Positions 59,408-64,000 of a DNA stretch of 64,000 nt are shown in pieces (position 1 is the stretch's first letter; the number at the start of each line of letters is the position of its first letter). Under the pieces are notes generated by a model. The model had not been told where the DNA came from. It saw only the letters and a program-made list of their open reading frames with translations, and ran no database searches. The DNA is taken from assembly GCA_965231155.1 (NCBI GenBank), contig OZ246418.1, positions 238,850 to 302,849 on the forward strand. Direction: 5' to 3'. The translations under genes were made by a program, and so were the position numbers. This DNA comes from an uncultured Candidatus Saccharibacteria bacterium. Its GTDB lineage: Bacteria; Patescibacteriota; Minisyncoccia; UBA6257; 2-01-FULL-56-20.

Positions 59408-61864
59408 ATGCAACCGGATCTTAAAAAACTGATTACGGCATTTTTGGGAGTAGCACTCTTAAGTAGTGCTTTTAGCCTTGCTTTTATGCACTCCGGCGCC
59501 TTCCAGAATGAAAACGGAACAAGTAATGCTAACGGAGGTCTAACCCAGGAACAACGAAATGCATTCGCAGACATTTCTCTGGTTACTCCTCCCTGGAGAA
59601 CCTCTCAGGCTTTCAGCACTTCCGAGCCTGATATATTTACTTCTTCGAATCTGACTGAAAACTTTTCTCAGGCTCTTTCAAATGGAGTTTTTGAGGCTGC
59701 CAACAAAGAAAAGGCCTTTGATCAAGATAGTCTTAGTCGTGCAGTGGAAAAAATACAGTCCCGTATTTTTGAAGAGCCTCAAGTTCCTCTCCGCGATATC
59801 CAGATGAACGACAAGGCCAGCTGGGAAGAAAAAGTTGGCTATGTGAAAAGTGTTCGGGACATTATCAAAGAAACTGCTGAAAATCCTCTCTATAAAAATC
59901 TTGGTACAACAAAACTGGACACCGAACAAACCGAGGCGCTAAAAACTCTTTTCGAAAAACAACGAGGGCAGATAGTAACACTGAAAGTTCCAAAGGTAAT
60001 GGTGCCACTACACAAGGCCCTTCTCTCTTATAATTCTGGAAATCAAAAATTCTTCGAAGGACTAGGGGCATATGAAAAAGACCCGGTAAAAACTCTTCTG
60101 ATGCTTCAGCACAGAGAAGAACTACTTGGCGGTTATGCCACCAAGCTGATTGCCGAGCTCGACAATGTTGGTCCAGCCCTCAAGGTAAGTTATCTGGAAG
60201 AAAATAAGCCCTCTTGGATTCAGGATAGCGTTCTCTCCCTCTTTGCACCAAAAGTGGCTTACGCGACTGCACCGGTTATCGATTACTCAAACCTGGCGAA
60301 CGCGATTGCCAGCTTTATTGGTGATGCTATCAAGTATGCAAAAGATGCAGCCCACTTTATTAAAACCGAACTTGATGCCGCTCTGAAATGGGTGCAGACA
60401 CAACTCGAATGGGCAGAAAAGTTAGCCACTGAACAGCTGAAGAATGTCCTTGTTCAGTTGATGGTCCGCGCCTCTGTGGCCTGGGTAAACGGCGACGGCT
60501 CACCTCAGTTTGTAACCAACTGGCGTGTCTACACTGATGATGCCTTTGGCCTGGGGGTTGGAAAGGGCCTCGATGAAATCTCTGACGAAACCTGCGGAAT
60601 GTTTGGGCCTTCTATGATCAGACAGCTTGGCGATTCTTATAATACTTTCTACCGCCCCTCGAACTGTCGACAAACAGAAACCGGTCGAGCGTTAAGCACT
60701 TTTAGGAACAATAATTTTCAGGATGGAGGATGGGGGGCTTATGGTGTAGCCGTTAGTCCAAGAGGGAATTATTTCCAGAGCTATGCGAGAAATGCCGAAA
60801 AGATAGATCAGAGCGCCGAAAAAGAAGCTGAAGCAGCAATCAGTGACGCAATGGCTAGCAATGGATACAAACCAACCAAGGACTGTCCCGAATATGCCAG
60901 ACAAGCTCTCTCTAGTGAAGATTCAGCAAGTAGTCCTGCTGAGGGAGGTGAATTTTCTACAGACCCTCTTCCGGACGGAAGTTGTCCAGATGGTTCGGAA
61001 CCTCAGAACACCACGCCAGGAGCGATTATTGGCGAGGTTGCGAACAAAGCCTTCACTATCCCTGGTGATCGCATCGTAACTTCACAAAACCTTATTAGTC
61101 TTGGCTTCACCCTGGCAAACGGCGCCCTGACAAAAGTTATGACGGCAAAGAACAAGGGGCTCACAAGCCTAAACGATGGCGCTGCCCTCGGAGCTGCCGG
61201 AGAAAATGCCTCTTACAACCTTGCAGATACATGTTCTCGTTTTGCCTCTGGCACTCCTGGAAGAACCGACTGTCTCAATAATGTTGGTGCGGCCGAAGAG
61301 GTACAGACAAATCTTGATCTCAGAAATGCCAGCACTTCTAGACAGGCAGCTGATGATCAAGCACTGAGCAACCTGAAGAGCGATGCTGATAGTATCGCCC
61401 AGAACATAAACTCAACGATTTCTATTAATACAGAAACTATGTCTGTTATTAATGAACTCACTGTTGATCCCGATCTTCTTGGTCGAGTGATCCATATCTG
61501 CGGAAATCTAGGATTAAGCGAGCCTGGGCAGGAACGAATTCCTGAGGCACGAAGTCTTCAGGCCGACCTAGCGCAGTTAGGTCAAAACATCCCAGGAACA
61601 AATGTTGATAGAGATCTGATGGCAGCTCACCTATCAATCCTGAATCAGTCTAGAGATGCGAATCTACTACCAAGTTTGTTTACTCAGTTCACTACGAATT
61701 ATGGGACTGTTGCATCAACAACTGATGCCCTTTCTTTTGCCCAGAATCGCCGTGTCGCTGTCCGCCAGATTAAAGTCCAAGCCGAAGCCACCATCGCCAA
61801 GGCTTGCGATCCTTCGACTCCGTTTTCGACTTCCACAATTCCTGCCCTCATCCAGAACCCATGA
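59408..61864 (+). CDS. Large membrane-anchored protein, paralog B
   Basis: Same motifs as paralog A; longer C-terminus. Confidence 0.75.
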   Translation: MQPDLKKLITAFLGVALLSSAFSLAFMHSGAFQNENGTSNANGGLTQEQRNAFADISLVTPPWRTSQAFSTSEPDIFTSSNLTENFSQALSNGVFEAANKEKAFDQDSLSRAVEKIQSRIFEEPQVPLRDIQMNDKASWEEKVGYVKSVRDIIKETAENPLYKNLGTTKLDTEQTEALKTLFEKQRGQIVTLKVPKVMVPLHKALLSYNSGNQKFFEGLGAYEKDPVKTLLMLQHREELLGGYATKLIAELDNVGPALKVSYLEENKPSWIQDSVLSLFAPKVAYATAPVIDYSNLANAIASFIGDAIKYAKDAAHFIKTELDAALKWVQTQLEWAEKLATEQLKNVLVQLMVRASVAWVNGDGSPQFVTNWRVYTDDAFGLGVGKGLDEISDETCGMFGPSMIRQLGDSYNTFYRPSNCRQTETGRALSTFRNNNFQDGGWGAYGVAVSPRGNYFQSYARNAEKIDQSAEKEAEAAISDAMASNGYKPTKDCPEYARQALSSEDSASSPAEGGEFSTDPLPDGSCPDGSEPQNTTPGAIIGEVANKAFTIPGDRIVTSQNLISLGFTLANGALTKVMTAKNKGLTSLNDGAALGAAGENASYNLADTCSRFASGTPGRTDCLNNVGAAEEVQTNLDLRNASTSRQAADDQALSNLKSDADSIAQNINSTISINTETMSVINELTVDPDLLGRVIHICGNLGLSEPGQERIPEARSLQADLAQLGQNIPGTNVDRDLMAAHLSILNQSRDANLLPSLFTQFTTNYGTVASTTDALSFAQNRRVAVRQIKVQAEATIAKACDPSTPFSTSTIPALIQNP

Positions 61865-63810
61865 TCTCAACACTCTCTTCCTGGAAAAAGTTTTTCGTTA
61901 TAGGCCTTCTTTTTTTAGCCCTCTTCTCTCAGGCTCTCTCTCCTGTACACGCAGCCAGTAGCACAGTTAACTTCCAGGCAGTGGCCAAAGAAGGACCAAC
62001 GACAAATCCTTGTGCGTGGAGAAGTCCTTCAACTTGGCCGGCCTGTTTCCTGGTTGCCGCTGCGTATCCCATTGGACTACTCGTCAGCTTCGGAGCTTAT
62101 CTTGTTGAGTGGGGGCTTATCATCAACTCTGAACTCGCCTACACCGAGATGATCAAGGGGGGATTTGGTGTTACCTTGGGAATTACGAACCTTTGTTTCG
62201 TGCTGGCTATTATCGTCATCGCCATAGCCACCATTATTGGCTACGAGTCGTATGGGATGAAAAAGAATCTGTGGAAGCTCATTGTGGCAGCTTTGTTAGT
62301 GAACTTCAGTTTGGTTATTTGTTCGGTCATCATTAGCTTCTTCGATCAGTTCGCCTACTACTTTGCAAGTAAGATGGGAAATCAAGGGTCAGGGCATTCT
62401 GGAGTTTCTCTCCAGTTGGCCAATATGTTCCAGTTAAACAAACTCGCCGCTTGGAGTTTCGGTGGAACATTAAGTAGGGTAGGCGCCTTCGTGGCAGTAC
62501 TTATAGGAATTCTATTGGCCGAGATATTGATCTTCTTCACCCTGATGGCGGTGGCCTTGAGTCTCATCGTTCGTTACTTCTATCTCTCGATTCTCATGAT
62601 TCTCATGCCTATCGCCTGGCTCAGCTGGGTAGTTCCAGGAATGCAAAAACACTGGAGCTCGTGGTGGGAAAAATTCATTCAGTGGGCGATCAGTCCAGCA
62701 CTCCTTCTGGCCTTTCTCTACATCGGCCTCTCTATTATGTCGAGCACCTCGACCACCGATACGCTTCAGCGATGGAACATTGCAGGGCGAGGTGGGGCTG
62801 GAGATGTCATAGATAATGTAGCCCCGCCAGAAGGAGGTGGTCCAGGATTCCTCGAGACTATTATGAAGATGTCAGTTGGACTGGCGTTGACCTGGGGTGG
62901 TATTGTAGCCGCCAACTCCGCTGGCGCGAAAGGCGCAGCCACCATTGTTGGCTGGGGAAATAAAGCGGGTAAGGTGGCAAAAAATCGTGCCACAATATTT
63001 GGGAAAAGAGCAGCAACTTATCGTCTACGACGACCCCAAGGGAGGGCCACAACCGAACGCATGCAAACCCTAGGAAATAACAGCAACAGCGCCTTCCTTA
63101 GAACCATTGCTGCTCCGGTCAGAATGGCTGGCACTGCGCTCTCGAATGCCAGAATAGAAGGAGAAAAAACACTCCACGAGTCAGAGAAGGCATACAAAGA
63201 TATGCCATTAGTAGAACAGGCACGACGTTTTGGCTCGACTCGTTTCGAAGACGAGGGTGCTCGATTTGCCATTCTTCACAATATTTACAAACCAATAGAA
63301 GAAGCCGAGAAGAAACAACGCGACCTTATTGAGAAACGAGAAGAAATCGAAAAGAGGAGAACCAAGGTTGACACCGAAAGAAGACGAACCTTCATAGAAA
63401 AAGGCGAAGGCTCGGCTGAGTACAAGGCTGTCACCGAACGGGCAACGAAGATAGAGAACGAATACACAGAGGTGAATGGAAATATTACGAAAGCTCATGC
63501 AGAAGTTGTGAAAACCCAAAAACTTCTTGATTTACTACCGAAGAATGCTCGCGAAGATCTCGGAACATTTAGCAATCTAACCAGCCTGCCCGGTCGCGTA
63601 GGAGATGTGAAATATACAAACACCAAATATGGAAGAATGTTCGTCCTTTATGGCGAACATGAAAAGAAACATAAAAAATCGCTCGAAGACGAGCTCAAAG
63701 AACGTTTTTCGAAAAAAGAAGATGACCATGGGGATGGTCACGACGCAGCGGGAGGTCATCCGGCGCCACAAGCTCCCACCTCAGGAACAGCAGACGAAGC
63801 CCATCACTAA
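61861..63810 (+). CDS. VirB6/TrbL-like polytopic membrane protein
   Basis: LIVAALLVNFS, R...L.ILMILMPIAW, WSSWW; coiled-coil tail. Confidence 0.7.
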   Translation: MISTLSSWKKFFVIGLLFLALFSQALSPVHAASSTVNFQAVAKEGPTTNPCAWRSPSTWPACFLVAAAYPIGLLVSFGAYLVEWGLIINSELAYTEMIKGGFGVTLGITNLCFVLAIIVIAIATIIGYESYGMKKNLWKLIVAALLVNFSLVICSVIISFFDQFAYYFASKMGNQGSGHSGVSLQLANMFQLNKLAAWSFGGTLSRVGAFVAVLIGILLAEILIFFTLMAVALSLIVRYFYLSILMILMPIAWLSWVVPGMQKHWSSWWEKFIQWAISPALLLAFLYIGLSIMSSTSTTDTLQRWNIAGRGGAGDVIDNVAPPEGGGPGFLETIMKMSVGLALTWGGIVAANSAGAKGAATIVGWGNKAGKVAKNRATIFGKRAATYRLRRPQGRATTERMQTLGNNSNSAFLRTIAAPVRMAGTALSNARIEGEKTLHESEKAYKDMPLVEQARRFGSTRFEDEGARFAILHNIYKPIEEAEKKQRDLIEKREEIEKRRTKVDTERRRTFIEKGEGSAEYKAVTERATKIENEYTEVNGNITKAHAEVVKTQKLLDLLPKNAREDLGTFSNLTSLPGRVGDVKYTNTKYGRMFVLYGEHEKKHKKSLEDELKERFSKKEDDHGDGHDAAGGHPAPQAPTSGTADEAHH

Positions 63811-63845
63811 CGATCTACTTTCTCCACTAAACTACACACACCTAC

Positions 63846-64000
63846 ATGCCAGAAGATACACAAATGACCAATGAAGAAATCCGCGAGATGCTTGTCACGG
63901 CACCAGTCTGGGACAGTATTGTGTGGGATGCTATTCAGGAAGGAGATTACGCGCTCGTAGAGTCTCGTTTTGCAGATCTTCTTAAGGGTGAGTTGGAAAG
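63846..64000 (+). CDS. Hypothetical protein, truncated by the window end
   Basis: MPEDTQMTNEEIREML... open to the end. Confidence 0.55.
   Translation, partial: MPEDTQMTNEEIREMLVTAPVWDSIVWDAIQEGDYALVESRFADLLKGELE

Overview
A 64-kb chromosomal segment, most likely from a Patescibacteria/CPR bacterium (Parcubacteria-like). The assignment rests on the gene repertoire, a membrane-anchored Clp ATPase, Cys-rich paralogs, a VirB6-like cluster and housekeeping genes that mostly lack SD sites. The right half is mostly core genes (rplT-rpmI-infC, thyA-folA, glyA-folD-dcd, ftsH, tyrS, nusA-ppa-clpP, yraN, dksA-like, comM, pcrA, rsmA), three tRNAs (His, Ile-UAU, Gly) and the start of a T4SS-like membrane cluster. 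The left half is a plasticity zone that begins at the 3' end of a minus-strand tmRNA (29860-30191). Main observations: (1) an array of co-oriented 1-2 gene modules from about 20.7 to 29.8 kb, separated by six copies of a conserved repeat and by tmRNA 3'-end fragments, with no integrase in the window; (2) one module is phenylalanine hydroxylase behind an apparently leaderless Tyr-rich leader peptide with terminator/antiterminator; (3) two homologous structured non-coding elements at 46.7 and 51.0 kb; (4) a dense cluster of parS-like palindromes at 51.6-52.0 kb; (5) a twice-repeated ECF promoter. All product calls come from motif recognition by eye; no database search was run.
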